DNA from: Heptranchias perlo
Lineage: Eukaryota
DNA: 64,000 nucleotides
Reading direction: 5' to 3'
Assembly: GCF_035084215.1 (NCBI RefSeq)
Contig: NC_090340.1
Location: 14,508,001 to 14,572,000 of the forward strand
In this document: positions 12,261 through 25,845 of the stretch, in pieces
How positions within the stretch are numbered: the first letter of the stretch is position 1
Layout of the letters: each line of letters starts with the position of its first letter
Notes under the pieces: model-generated
Told to the model about the DNA's origin: nothing
The model's input: the letters and a program-made list of their open reading frames with translations, nothing else
The model's database searches: none
Translations under genes and position numbers: made by a program

Positions 12261-13977
12261 CTTATTAGCCCAGGCCAGTCTAGGCTCCTGAGATTTTGGT
12301 CTTGGAATCCTTAGTTAAGGCCTCTTGTTTGTGTCACCTCTGGGGAGAGAGAGATGTCTCCTCAAATTTGCCCACCAGCTTATCCTGCTCCCTGCTGCTC
12401 TGTGCTCCAGCCAGTATTTTCCACTGTGTCAGTAACACCACCTCCCTTAATCGGTGTATCTGAGCTGTTGCTTGAGTAAAGATCAGGTACAGCAAGGGTC
12501 TTTCTGGAGGCACCAGGCAGCTCAGATGTTTCTTTCTCTAAGCATTCAGCACCTTTGAGGAATGCAAAGGACAACCTACTGACTTGTGCATCACGAGATA
12601 TGACTGAGAAATAGCTGCCGGCCCTTCCCACCATCAAAATATCAGCTGACATCAAAAACCCACAGCTCTGTAAATACTCCATCCTATTATCAGCCACAAC
12701 TGAAGTCTCTCCTCCATCCCGCACTGGCTCTTGATGTATCTGTTCAAGAATTGCAGATCTTGCTTCCTCCTTTGTCTGCTGAGGGGCCTGATGTTAGCCA
12801 TTCCTCTACCCTTGGTTGTCCTTTGCCTCTGATTGTGCACGTTTCTCTATTGGGTTCACACATGGTACAGACTATTTTGCAATGTGTTTCCACTCAGGTA
12901 TCCGCAGACATTCCCTTGCAAACATGCCAGCATGACCCTGTGGAGATGAGCCATCCTTCCAGCAGCATGCCACCACCTGAATGGGTGCTTGTTCCTTCAT
13001 TCACCTTGGCCAGCCTGCTGATGGCTTTAAAATCTTTCCAGCACTAAGTTTCTAATTGTGGGGTTGTGGACTTGCTACAGTCCCACCCCAGATACTACCT
13101 CCATCCAAACCGCCTACTCCCCTTTAACTGGGGCATAACTCCCTGGGTGCCAAGGAGCTTTTGCCTTCTGGCCCTAATCTCTGCCAGAAATTTCTCTTAC
13201 CAATGTTCAAGTCTCATTTCTCCTTCCTGTTGAACCTTAGTTCCTGTGGAGACTTCAGCCTTTCAACAGCTGCATCTTGCCCCAATTTCCCTCTTTCCCA
13301 GCAGCGGTGATGCAGTCAGGGATTGGTTTCTCACTGGAATCCTCAGTGAGCCCTCCCCGAATATACAACCAGCTGCTGGTGGGATTGCGTGGGTAGGCAT
13401 AAGTCCCACCCTGCCATTCAGCAGCATCGTCAGGGAAATCCCCCATTCCTAGAATTTTGACACTTACATAATTCCTACAATTATGACTTGGGTTGATATG
13501 TCACCCCGACTGACAAAGCGCCAATCAATGATGCTGCACTGACAGACCCAGCACCTAAACTGACACCTCCAGCAGGCAAAGCACCCAAGTTGTCAATGCA
13601 TCAAAGACCATATAAACTCCGATGATCTGGAAAACTGCCTCAACTGGCCCTGGTTCAGGGAAGTACTGACCCAGCTACTCAAATGGACACCTGAAGTTCA
13701 ACCAGAGCTGTAAACACCCAAACTTTATTAAACCATCCCAAGCCAACAGAAGCTGACCCTGCTCCCTGAGGATACAAAGCACTGCCGGCTGTCAGAGCTC
13801 TCTGGAATGACACTCACTGGCATCCCATTGAATTACAACTTTCTCTTCCAGCACCAATCTAAACAAACTAGTCCTGCAAAACTTAGAAGGTATTCCAAAG
13901 CCATTAGCTGGAAACCACTCTCTCTCCACCACCGTGAAGCCCTTGTCCCCACTAAAATATTTCCCCATTATCGTCTA

Positions 13978-14298
13978 GCCTTGGCTCAGTGGTATCACTC
14001 TCACCTCTGAATTGGAAAGTTGTGGGTTCAAGCCCCACTCTAGAAACTTGATCCCATACGCTGTGCTGTCACCTCAATACAGTACTAAGGGAGTGCTGCA
14101 CTGTAGGAGGTGCCATCTTTTGAATGAGACATTAAAACGAGGCTCTGCCTATCCTTTCAGCTGGATGCAAAAGATCCCCAAGGCACTATTCAAAGAAGGG
14201 CTGGGGAGCTCTCCAATATTTACCCTTCAATCAACATCATGAAAACAGATTATCTGGCAATTATCACATTGCTGTTTTGGGAGCTTGCTGTGCAGAAA
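13978..14298 (+). mobile_element. tRNA-derived DeuSINE-like SINE
   Basis: A box ttggctcagtggta, B box gggttcaagccc; Deu-domain-like gattatctggcaattatcacattgctgttttgggagcttgctgtgc; cut by a CR1 tail. Confidence 0.7.
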
Positions 14299-14475
14299 TC
14301 ATAGAATTACATAGAATTTACAGCACAGAAACAGCCCACGTGGCCCAACATGTCTATGCCGGTGTTTATGCTCCACATGAGCCTTCTCCCACTTTACTTC
14401 ATCTCAACCTATCAACATATCCTTCTATCCCTTTCTCCCTCAGGTACATATATAACTTCCCCTTAAATGTATCTA
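14298..14475 (-). mobile_element. CR1 3' tail fragment
   Basis: atcatagaattacatagaatttacagcacagaaacagccc tail; similar to 24980-25150. Confidence 0.7.
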
Positions 14476-14614
14476 TTCTTCCTTTCTTTCCTTCCTTTTT
14501 AACTTCTTGGGGTACAAGAGGTAAGAATCAACCAAGACTGAAATACTTTTCTAAATAATTTTATTGACATTAGGACATGACAGCATTCCAGAAACAGATG
14601 ACACACATTATACG

Positions 14615-16920
14615 GTTTGGGAGTTTAGAAAAAATAATGGCAGTAAAGACTCACAAATCCACAGGATCTGATGGTTTCCACCCCAGGGTTTTAAAGGAAG
14701 TAGGTGAGGAAATTGCAGATGCTTTACCCATGATCTTCCAAATCTCCCTAGATTCAGGAATTGTCCCTTTGGATTGGAAAATTGCAAATTTAACTCCATC
14801 ATTTACAAAAGGTGAGAGATAGAAACCAGGAAATTATAGCCCTGTTCGTCTAACATCTGTTGTGGGGAAGTTATTAGAATCTATAATTAAGGACAATGTG
14901 ATTGACCAGTTAAGAGAAAATTGAGCTGATAAGAGATAGCCAATGTGGATTTGCAAAGCTAGATCATGTCTAATGAACTTAATAGAATTTTTTGAGGATG
15001 TAACTAAAGTAGTAGACAGGGGAAATGACTATGGATGTGGTTTATATGGACTTCCAGAAGGTATTTGATAAGGTTCCACATAAGAGACAGTTAGCTAAAA
15101 TTAAAGCTTATGGAATTGAAGGCAAATTATTGACCTGGTTAGGAGATCGGTTAGGTGGTAGAAGACAGAGAGTAGGGATAATGGATGTGTACTTGAATTA
15201 GAAGGAAGTGACTAGTGCCTTCCCACAAGGATCTGTGCTGGGGCCTCAACTATTCACTGTATTTATTAAGGACTTAGATAACACGATAGAGAGACATATA
15301 TCCAAGTTTGCTGATGACATAAAGATTGGTGGTATAGTAAGTAGTGTAGATGGGAGCAGAAATTACAAAGAGACATTGATAGATTAATTGAGTGGGCAGA
15401 TCGATTTCAACACAGGTAAGTGTGAGATCATCCATTTTGGACCAATAAAGGATAGATCAGACTATTTTTTAAATGATGAAAAGCTGGGAACAGTGGCGGT
15501 CCAAAGACATTTAGGGGTCCATGTACACAGGTCACTAAAATGTGGTAGTCAGGCACGAAAAATAATTATAAAAGCTAATAAAATGTTAGCCTTTATAACT
15601 AGAGGGCTAGAATATAAAGGGGAAGAGGTTTTGCTATAGCTATACAAAGCCCTGGTTAGACCACATCTGGAGTACTGTGTACAGTTCTGGACCATAGAAA
15701 TGATATATAGGCCTAGGACGGAGTACAGGGCAGATTCACCAGATGTTACCAGGGCTCCAAGGGTTAGATTATGAGGAGACATTACATAAACCAGGCTTGT
15801 ATTCCCTGGAATATAGAAGGTTAAGGGGTGATTTGATTGAAGTTTTTAGAATTTTGAAAGGAATTGATAGGGTAGATAGAGATAAACTTTTTCCTTTGGT
15901 GGGGGATTCTCGGACAAGGGGATAAAACCTTAAAATCAGAGCCAGGCCATTCAGTAGATAAGTAAGGAAACACTTCATGCAAAGCGTGGTAGAAGTGTGG
16001 AATTCTCTCCCACAAAAAGCAGTAGATGCTAGCTCAATTAATAATTTTAAATCTGAGATCGATAGATTTTTGCTAGCCAGTATGGAAGGATACTGAGAGG
16101 TATAGAGGAACAGAGGGACCTTGGAGTCCATGTCCACAGATCCCTGAAGGTAGCAGGGCAGGTAAATAAGGTGGTTAAGAAGACATATGGGATGCTTTCC
16201 TTTATTAGCCGAGGTAAAGAATATAAGAGCAGGGAGGTTTTGGTTACAGTGTACAGTTAGGTCACAGTGTACAGTTCGGGTCAGCACATTACAGGAAGGA
16301 TGTAATTGCACTAGAGAGGGTACCGAGGAGATTTATGAGGGTGTTGCCAGGACTGTAGAATTTTAGCTATGAGGAAAGATTGGATAGGCTTGGGTTGTTT
16401 TCTTTGGAACAGAGGAGGCTCAGGGGATATGTAATTGAGGTGTATAAAATTATGAGGAGCCTAGGTAGAGTGGATAGGAAGGACCTATTTCCATTAGCAG
16501 AGGGATCAATAATCAAGGGACATAGATTTAAAGTATTTGGTAGAAGGATTAGAGGGCAGCTGAGGAAAACAATTTTCACCCAGCGGGTGGTAGGGGTCTG
16601 GAACTCACTGCCTGAAAGGGTGGTAGAGGCAGAAACCCTCATTGCATTAAAAAGGTGCTTTGATATGCACTTAAAGTGTTGTAACCTACAAGTGTACGGA
16701 CCAAGAGCTGGAAAGTGGGACTTGGCTGGATAGTTCTTTTTTGGCTGGCACAGGCTCGATGGGCTGAATGGCCTCCTTCTGTGCCACAAATTTCTATGAT
16801 TCTATGATTCTAAGGGCATTAAGGGATATGGAGGCAAGACGGGTGGATACAGTTAGGATCAAGATCAACCACGATCTCACTGAATGGTGGAACGGGCTCG
16901 ATGGGCTGAATGGCCTAGTT
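14615..16920 (+). mobile_element. decayed CR1 with a second CR1 3' part (~16085-16810) nested near its end
   Basis: GSDGFHPRVLKEV and DWKIAN motifs; RT C-terminal ORFs at 15388, 15743 and 16380; ttctatgattctatgattc tail at ~16791-16810. Confidence 0.85.
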
Positions 16921-18016
16921 GAAACTCAGAATGATCAATTCGTCCATTCTGGGAGACTGAGGAGTTAATTCTTCATCGACTTTTTCTTAGAACTGTTTCC
17001 TCTCTCTCTGAAATCACTGTAAAAATAACTGTTTTTATACCTTTGTGCTGCTACCAGAATAGCCTGCTGGTGATTTTCCTCTCTCTCACTTTCTCATGGC
17101 TTCAGAAGACAGCTGTCTTTGTAATGCTTTTCTTGTCTCACCTATCCTTCAAAAGTACAGCAAGTGAACCATGTCCTGACCCTGTAGCCTACTAAGGCTC
17201 CAGACAAATACTTTTCTCTAAACATCATGGACAGTAAGCAAAGACCATCATGCACTCTGCTTTTGGCCAAGTTGAACCAAATTATATTCTGTTACCAAGT
17301 AATCCAGGGGTTCAGGACCATCCCTTTCGTCTTCCTTAAAAACAGGTATTGAAAGTCCATATTGAAAAGTGCAAAATCCTTCACTTCCTTCCTTCTCCTG
17401 GTTTGGCGCCCATCTTCACTCCTTCAAGCCCAAGGGGCATAGGCCTGGGTGTATTCAATGCACAACATCCTTAGCCATCTATCTCCATCTCATGCTGGAC
17501 AACATGAAGAACCTGGATCACGTTCTCCAACACTTCCCACCCACCCAACCCCCATCCACCCCCCACCACCCCCCCCCCGGCCCCCCACCTTAGACCGGGA
17601 TCATGTTCTCCCTCCGCTAGATCTGAATCATGCTCTTGTTTTTTTTTTATAACACCTTTTGGGCCACATTTGAACGGCAGCTAGTTGACGTCATAGGAAG
17701 ACCCTTTGCGCATGTGCAGGTTCTCGCAGCGACGTCATGTAGTGCCAGCACAGAGGGTGCAGTGCATGCACAGCAAGGGATGTCGTTGGATCAGATGAAA
17801 TCCGGAAATTAATACACAGTGTCACTATTCAATTCAATAATGTAATGTTACAGGAAGCAAGTACAGCAAAATATAGCGAAAACTGTTCGTAATCCTGGCG
17901 CTGCTAAACTTTGATCCACGTCCTTGTGACTCTTTCATCTCGTTTCATGCCATCTTCTATTGCCATATTACTTTCTCATCGGCCCATGGACAAACACCAT
18001 ACCCCTATCCCAAAGG

Positions 18017-18096
18017 CTACCGATTTGTTCTCTTCAATGCACCAGTGGAATTTTGTTCAGAAGAAGGCAAGGATTCTAGTCTCATCTTTACTGGAT
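18017..18096 (-). CDS. candidate terminal (cytoplasmic) exon of the IgSF receptor: DPVKMRLESLPSSEQNSTGALKRTNR*
   Basis: Acceptor ttttgattttcaag; phase 1 fits the TM exon donor; lies in non-repeat sequence; no ITIM or ITAM tyrosine. Confidence 0.4.
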
Positions 18097-18224
18097 CTTG
18101 AAAATCAAAATTTGGAATTAAACATTTCAGTATTGGAAATCCTTTGACTTAATTTGTGTTTTTATGTTTCATCTACACAAACTGTTCCTTTATATATATC
18201 AGCAACAATATCATGAAAGTAGGA

Positions 18225-19060
18225 CACTCGCCCACCACTATATCAATATTATTAGACTTACAAACACCCACCACTGTATCAATATCATTACACTCACAGA
18301 CACACCCAGCACTGCATCAATATCATTAGACTTACAAACACTCACCAATACATCAATATCATCACATCACAGATACACTCAGCACTGCATCAAAATCATT
18401 AGACTCAGACACACTCAGCACTACCTCAGTATAACTACACTCACAGACACACTCACCACTGCATCAAAATCATTAGACTCAGAACGCTCACCACTACATC
18501 AACATCATTACACTCACAGCCATATTCAACATTGCACCACTATCATTAGACTCAAACACACTCACCTCTCCATCAATATCACTAAACTCACAGACACACT
18601 CACCACTGCAACAATGTTTTTAGACTCAGACACACTCACCACTCCATCAATATCATAACACTCACAGACCCACTCACCACCACATCAATATCATCATACT
18701 CACAGACACACTTACCACTGCATCAATATCATTGGACTTACAGACACTGACCACAACATCAATATCATTACACTCAGACACTCAACTCTACATCAATATC
18801 ATTAAACTTACAGATACACTCTCCACCGCATCAATATGATTAGACTTCCAGACACCCACCACGACATCAATAACATTAGACTCACAGACACACTCACCAC
18901 TGCATCAATATTGTTACATTCAACGACACACTGACCACTGCATCAATGTCATTAGACTCACAGACACACTCATCACTGCATCACTGTCATTAAGCTCAGA
19001 CACACTCAGCACCACATCAATATAATTACACTCACTGACATACTCACCACTGCACTACAA
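18225..19060. repeat. ~36-38-bp minisatellite
   Basis: Unit ~actcaccactgcatcaatatcattagactcacagacac repeated roughly 20 times. Confidence 0.9.
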
Positions 19061-19062
19061 CA

Positions 19063-21114
19063 CTGCTCTATTTTACCACCCGCTATCGGGTGCGTTTCCT
19101 GCGGGGGGGCTCCGAAAATCGGAGAATCCCGGCGCGGTACCGGAGCCCACCCCGAACCCGCGCACTTCCAGGTTCCCGGCTGACGCGCCGTCGTGCGCGC
19201 GCAGCCCCCGTTGGTGGGAATCACGCAGGCAATTAAAGCCAGCGGGATGCCACTTGACAATATTTATTTCGGTATTTCAGGTCATTAACTGACCTGATTA
19301 AGGGACTATGTGGGATTTTGAACAAAATGGGACTGTTTCCCACACTGGGGGAAACACTCCCAGCTCGAATGGACGAGTTGCAACCGTCAGCCTGTGGCAG
19401 CTGCAAAGGTCCATTTGACAGGTGGGGGGGGGGGGGGTGGGGGAGACCCTCACTCATTGCAGGAGGCCACTCTGTCACTTGGGGCAAAGTTTGGCCTCCA
19501 CCACCCTCCTGACAGTCAAAGGCACCAACCTGTACACGTACCGCGGGGTCCGGAGACATGTACCTACCTTGCGGACCCCCTCAGATGTACATCTTGCGGA
19601 TGGGGGCCGCCGTAGCTGCAGTCATGACCTCCTCGGAGGGCGAACAGCATCACCAGCCTCACCAGCCTCGCCATCCATGCCGTCCACCTCTGACACGTGG
19701 AGCTCCACAACAGAGTGCTGTGACACATCCACCTGTACAGCAGGAGGGAGGGCTACCGCAGAGAGAGATGCGTCGCAGAGGGCACTACCCTCGCCACAGG
19801 GTCCACAGACCGAGGCTCAGCCTCCTGGACCTCTCTGAGCAGCAGTGCACACGGAGGCTCAGAGTCACTCGACATGTAGCCGTGGACATCTGCAGCCTCT
19901 TTCATGCCGAGCTGCTCCCGGCTGGCCCGAGCACCATCTTCTTACCTGTCGCTGTCAAAGTCATCACTGCCCTCCACAACTTCTCCTCCGCATCCTTCCA
20001 GGGTGCAACCAGGGACATCGCCGATGTCTCTCAGTCGTCTGCGCAGAAGAGCCCTGCAAATACACCTACACCCACTCTGCAGTGACACAATGGGTGGCAT
20101 CCGTGGTGGGTCCTCATAGTGATACCCAGGAGCAGGCAATATTGCACAAACCAGACAGGATTCGCGAAGACATGGTGGTAGTGGTGCCAATATAATGTGT
20201 GATGTGAGTTGTTCTGAAATTCAATTTAAGTAACATCCATGACAAACCCTCAAACACCCTTGTGCATCCCCTTCATGCTCACGACACGTTTGCCTTACGC
20301 TGCCTACTGCACATATGTGATGCATGCCCTGTGGCTGCAGCACAGGTTGTGGCAGGTTGAGTGAGGCTGGCCGTGAGAGAGGTGCACAAGAGGGTGAGTA
20401 TGGGATAGAGCCATGAGATTGTATGAGGATTGGGTTGCGTGGTAGTGGCGGGGTGAGTACTGGCGAGGTGAGTAGGTGCAGGTAAGATGAGGATGAGGTT
20501 TGAGTGGGTATGAGGGGTGATGTGACAGAGTAGTGTTGGCAGTGCCGAAGGAGATGTGGGGTGGGGGCAGTGCTGTGGCAGACGGAGTGTAGGGGAAAGA
20601 CTACGTGTACTCACTGTGGCTGACCTACTGAGGTCATTGGTGCACCTCCTGCACTGTATGCAGGTTGGCGATATGTTGGTGGTGCAAGTGACCTCCTCTG
20701 CCACCTCGAGCCAGGCCTTCCTGGTGGCAGAGGCGGGCCGCTTCCTCCCGCCCACCGGGTGGAAGATCTCTGTCCTCCTCCTCCTCCTCACCCCATGTAT
20801 TGATACCTGGGGTGAGGCATCATTAAACTGGGAGCAGCCTTCCCCCTGGGATGCTCCATGTGGTCATCTTTGCTATTGGTTGCAGCATCTGTCAGTGGAG
20901 GACTGCCCCTTTAAATAGAGCGCCTCCAGCTGACAGATCTTACTGCGCATGCGCAGATCAGCAGCGGGGAACCCAGAGGAGCAGGTAAGTGGATCCAATT
21001 AGTGGTTTGCCTGCTATGATCGCGCGGGAAACCCACTAATTTTACCGGGCGCGTTACTCACGCGCCCGATAGCCCACCCGCCAAGAACCCGCAGCCCTGC
21101 TAACATCGGGCCCC
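19063..21114. mobile_element. internally deleted PIF/Harbinger DNA transposon
   Basis: + ORF 19558..20085 resembles a HARBI1-type transposase N-terminus (LSEQQCTRRLR, LPVAVKVITAL, SFQGATRDIADVSQSSA); convergent minus ORF 20279..20791 is Myb/SANT-like (RKAWLEVAEEV..QCRRCTNDL); imperfect TIRs. Confidence 0.8.
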
Positions 21115-22549
21115 AGGTTTCAGAGGAGCGAGACTGGGAATGAAATATTTCTGGTTTAAAAATTTTCATGAGAGAAACAAATGCATGAATTGCAACAATT
21201 ATACATTTCTATCTGGAGCAAATACACAAAAGGAAAAGCGGCCCAACCATGACTAACAAAAGAAATTAAGGATAGTATTAGATCCAAAGAGGAGTCATAT
21301 AAAGTTGCCAGAAAAAGTAGCAAGCCTGAAGATTGGAAGCAGTTTAGAATTCAGCAAAAAAGGACCAAGAGATTGATTAAGAGGGGAAAAATAGAGTATG
21401 AGATTAAACTTGCAAGGAACATAAAAGTGGACTGTAAAAGCTTCTACAAGTATGTAAAAAGAAAAAGATTAGTGAAGACAAATGTAGGTCCCTTACACTC
21501 AGAAACGGGAGAATTTATAATGGGGAACGGGGAAATGGCAGAGCAATTAAACAAATACTTTGGTTCTGTCTTCACGGAAGAGGACACAAATAACTTCCCA
21601 GAAATCTTAGGAACCAAGGGACTAGTGAGAAGGAGGAATTAAAGGAAATTAGTATTCATAAAAAAAGTGCTGGAGAAATTAATGGGACTGAAAGCCGATA
21701 AATCCGATAAAGGGCCTGATAATCTGCATCCCAGAGAACTAAAAGAGGTAGCCATGGAAATAGTGGATGCATTAGTTGTCATCTTCCAAAATTCTATAGA
21801 TTATGGAACAGTTCCTGCAGATTGGAGGGTGGCAAATGTAAACCCACTATTTAAAAAAGGAGGGAGAAAGAAAACAGGGAACGACAGACAGGTTAGCCTA
21901 ACATCAGTAGTAGGGAAAATGCGAGAGTCTATTATAAAGGATGTGATAACAGGACATTTAGAAAATATCAATGGGATTAGACAAAGTCAACATGGATTTA
22001 TGAAAGGGAAATCATGTCTGAGAAACCTACTGGAGTTTTTTGAGAATGTAACTGGTAGAATAGATAAGGGAGAACCAGTGGATGTGGTTTATTTGGATTT
22101 TCAGAAGGCCTTTGATAAAGCCCCACATAAGAGGCTAGTGTGCAAAATTAAAGCACATGGGATTGGTGGTAATATACTGGCATGGATTGAAAATTGGTTA
22201 ACAGACAGGAAACAGAGAGTAGGAATAAATGGGTCTTTTTCGGGGTGGCAGGTGGTGACTAATGGGGTACAGCAGGGATCAGTGCTTGGGCCCCAGCTAT
22301 TCACAATATATATCAATGATTTGGATGAGGGAACCAAACATAATATTTCCAAGTTTGCTGACGACACAAAACTCGGTGAGATCGTGAGTTGTGAGGAGGA
22401 TGCAAAGAGGCTTCAAGGCGATTTAGACAAGTTGAGTGAGTGGGCAAATACATGGCAGATGCAGTATAATGTGGATAAATGTGAAGTTATCCACTTCGGA
22501 AGGAAAAACAGAAAGGCAGAGTATTATTTAAAATGTTGATGTACAAAAG

Positions 22550-22781
22550 TAAACAATTTTACAACACCAAGTTATAGTCCAGCAATTTTATTTTAAATTC
22601 ACAAGCTTTCGGAGGCTACCTCCTTCCTCAGGTGAACGATGTGGAACAGATTCCTCACCTGAGGAAGGAGGTAGCCTCCGAAAGCTTGTGAATTTAAAAT
22701 AAAATTGCTGGACTATAACTTTCTGTTGTAAAATTGTTTACAATTGTCAACCCCAGTCCATCACCGGCATCTCCACATCAC
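22550..22781 (+). mobile_element. Penelope-like fold-back insertion A with hammerhead motifs on both strands
   Basis: Arms 22549-22635 and 22655-22741; 12-bp TSD gatgtacaaaag at 22538-22549 and 22782-22793; 3' tail ccccagtccatcaccggcatctccacatca. Confidence 0.85.
22655..22691 (+). ncRNA. minimal type I hammerhead ribozyme motif
   Basis: tcac CTGAGGA a ggag-gtagc-ctcc GAAA gc tt gtga: stem I tcac/gtga, stem II ggag/ctcc, loopless palindromic stem III; mirror copy on the minus strand at 22599-22635. Confidence 0.75.
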
Positions 22782-24379
22782 GATGTACAAAAGGACCTGG
22801 GTGTCCTTGTACACCAGTCACTGAAAGCAAATGTGCAGGTGCAGGAAGCAGTTACGAAGGCAAATGGTATGTTGGCCTTCATTGCAAGAGGATTTGAGTA
22901 TAGGAGCAAGGATGTGTTACTACAGTTATACAGGGCCTTGGTGAGACCACACCTGGAGTATTGTGTGCAGTTTTGGTCTCCTTACCTAAGAAAGGATATA
23001 CTTGCCAGAGAGGGAGTGCAGCGAAGGTTCACCAGACCGATTCCTGGGATGGCAGGACTGTCGTATGAGGAGAGATTGGGTCAACTCGGCCTGTATTCAC
23101 TTGAGTTTAGAAGGATTAGAGGGGATCTCATTGAAACATATAAAATTCTGACAGTTCAAGACAGACTGGATGCAGGGAGGATGTTTCCCCTGGCTTGGGG
23201 GTCCAGAACATGGGGTCACAGTCTCAGGATACGGGGTAGGACATTTAGGACTGAGATGAGGAGAAATTTCTTCACTCAGATGGTGGTGAACCTGTGGAAT
23301 TCTCGACCACAGAAGGCTGTGGAGGCCAAGTCACTGAATATATTTAAGAAGGAGATAGATAGATTTCTAGGCACAAAAGGCATCAAGGGGTATGGGGGGA
23401 GAGCAGGAATATGGTATTGAGATAGAGGATCAGCCATGATCATATTGAATGGCGGAGCAGGCTCGAAGGGCCGAATGGCCTACTCCTGCTCCTATTTTCT
23501 ATGTTTCCATAAAAAGGAATAAGAGGGTAAGGGAGGCAGTATTAATGAAGGGCACAGCCTTAGAAAGAATAGTTTTTCTCAACGGTGGTGCTCAGGCCGA
23601 GTCTGTCGAATTTAAATTAAGAAATAATAATGGATTTGTCACCATATTGAGGAACCTTATAGATCACCCCATCGGGTAAAAAATGATCATGAGATTAGTG
23701 GGTAATTTATGATGGGCACTTAAACTATCCTAAGGAGGTGCGGGGGAACACAAATATTTGTGGTCGAAATACAGAGGGTTTCTTAGGTTGCAACCAGGAT
23801 TGTTTCTTAGTATGTTACTAGTTCCAACAAGGATAGTTGTAGTGCTGGGTCTTGTTCTGGGCAGTGAAGGAAGACAAGTAATTGACCTGGAGGTAGGAGC
23901 CTCGCCGTGTAGGAAAACATAATGGGAATCCGGGTGTGTTTCTCCGATTTACTGTCCAGTCATTTTAATGGACCAAAACCCATTGATAGCGCATGCTCAA
24001 GCGTCTGATATACACTCCTCGCTGGTAAGATTCTCCATTGGAAGCAGGTACTCTGGAATTAACCCCCTGGGATCAAAAGATGTGGGTAGAGAATGGGCTT
24101 GGTTCAGAAAGCAAAGAGTGGGTTTAAATACATGTTTCTTTGGACTGGCTGGTTGTGGATATGCACATGTACTTCTCCGCCTTACTACTTCCTTCCTTGT
24201 CTTCAGAAACATCCTTAAGACCTTCCTCTTTGACCGTGTTCTCCCCCTCCAGACTTTCACCGTTTCTCTCCTCTACCATCACCCCACTCAAGCCCCCTCA
24301 ATATTGACCATGCTGTAAAGCGTTCTGTGTAATTAGCACTGTAAGAATGTACATTTCTGATGTATGGGCACAAGAAGAA

Positions 24380-25845
24380 TATCATCAACGTTTGCTGGTG
24401 ATACCAAATTGGGAGACGCAGCACACTGAGAAACTATGCAGGAAATTGCAGGTGAACATGGACAGATTAGCAGAGTAGGCAGATAGGTGGTAGACACGGT
24501 TCAATGAAGTGCATGTAAAGTCCTACAGTATGGGGAAAAAGAATAAAGGCAATATACCCTAAATCATCAAATTAATTGAGTGGGCTTAGACGCTTATATC
24601 TTTAGAAGTATGGAGTTCAGATAGAGAAGGCCATTAAAAGGAAAAGAGATTCTTCATTCTATACAGATGTGTAGAAGTGAGGTTGAATTTGCACAAGAGA
24701 GTGGATAGGCCACAGCTGGAGTATTGCATGCCGTTCCCGTCACCCATTATAGGGATCATATTGGAGCAGTGGGAAGGGTGCAGGGAAGATTCACTGGAAT
24801 TATGCCAGAAATGAATCACTTTAGTTACAAAGAAATTCTCAAAAATTAAGATTTTTCTCATTGGAACAGGGCAGGTTTAGTGCGGATCTAATAGATGTTT
24901 TTTAAAATTATGCAGGCGTTACCAGAGTAATTTCTCTTGATACGCCAATCGGTAAATCGGAGACATAAACTTAAAATTACATTGAGTTACACAGAACGTA
25001 TAGCACAGAAACAAGCCATTTGGCACAACTGGTCTGTACCGGTGTTTATACTCCACATGAGCCTCTTCCCATCCTACTTCATCTAACCCTATCAGCATAA
25101 CTTTCTTTCCTTTCTCCCTCAGGTATTCAACTAGCTTCCCCTTAAATGCATCTGTGCTATTCACCTTAACTACTCCTTCTGGTTGCATGTTCCACATTCT
25201 TACCACCCTTTGGGTAAAGAAGTTTCTCCTGAATTCCCTATTTGATTTATTGGTGATGGCCTTATAATTATGGCCTCTAGTTTTGGGCTCCCACACAAGT
25301 GGAAACATCTTAGAAACATAGAATCATAAAATCTTAAAACACAGCCATCGTTCCTGTGCCGGCTCTTTGCAAGAGATGCCAATTTAGTCCCACACCCCAG
25401 CTTTTCCCCCGTAACCCTTCAAATTAGTCCTCTTCAAGAACGTGTCCAATTGCCTTCTGAAAGTTCCTATGGAATCTGATTCCATCACCCTTTCAGGAAG
25501 TGCGTTCCAGATCTTAACAACCCCCTGTGTGAAAAACATTCCCCTCGTTTCCCCTCTAGTCCGTTTGCAGATTATTTTAAATCTATGACCTCTGGTTACT
25601 GACCCACTTGCTAAAGGAAACAGTTTCTCCTTACTTGCTCTGTCAAAACCCTTGGTATCTTCTCCACATCTACTCTATCAAACCCTTTCATAATTTTAAA
25701 GACTTCTATTAGGGCACTCCTCAGCCTTCTCTTTTCTAGAGAAAAGAACTCCAGCCTGTTCAGCCTTTCCTGATATGTAAATCCTCTCAGTTCGGGTAAC
25801 ATCCTTGTGAATCTTTTTTGCACCTTCTCCAGTGCCTCTATAGCC
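24380..25845. mobile_element. cluster of nested decayed CR1 fragments in both orientations
   Basis: ORFs 24919..25308 (-) and 25611..25823 (-) carry FFTQRVV and LIEVFKIMKG motifs; degenerate + strand RT at 24380-24975. Confidence 0.75.

Larger units (their letters stand above)
21160..23506 (+). mobile_element. 5'-truncated CR1 ORF2 and 3' UTR, interrupted by a Penelope-like hairpin
   Basis: ORFs 21373, 21667 (YLDFQKAFDK, FADDTKLG) and 22734; 3' tail ggcctactcctgctcctattttctatg. Confidence 0.92.

Noticed and set aside
12270-13970. Possible decayed retroelement here and at 8540-9060
   Set aside because: No motif I can recognise reliably; needs a RepeatMasker/Dfam or TBLASTX search
21199-21212. 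Possible short terminal exon DRNV* with a strong acceptor on the minus strand
   Set aside because: The acceptor and codons are the antisense of CR1 ORF2 sequence; not excluded as an exonised alternative end but unsupported
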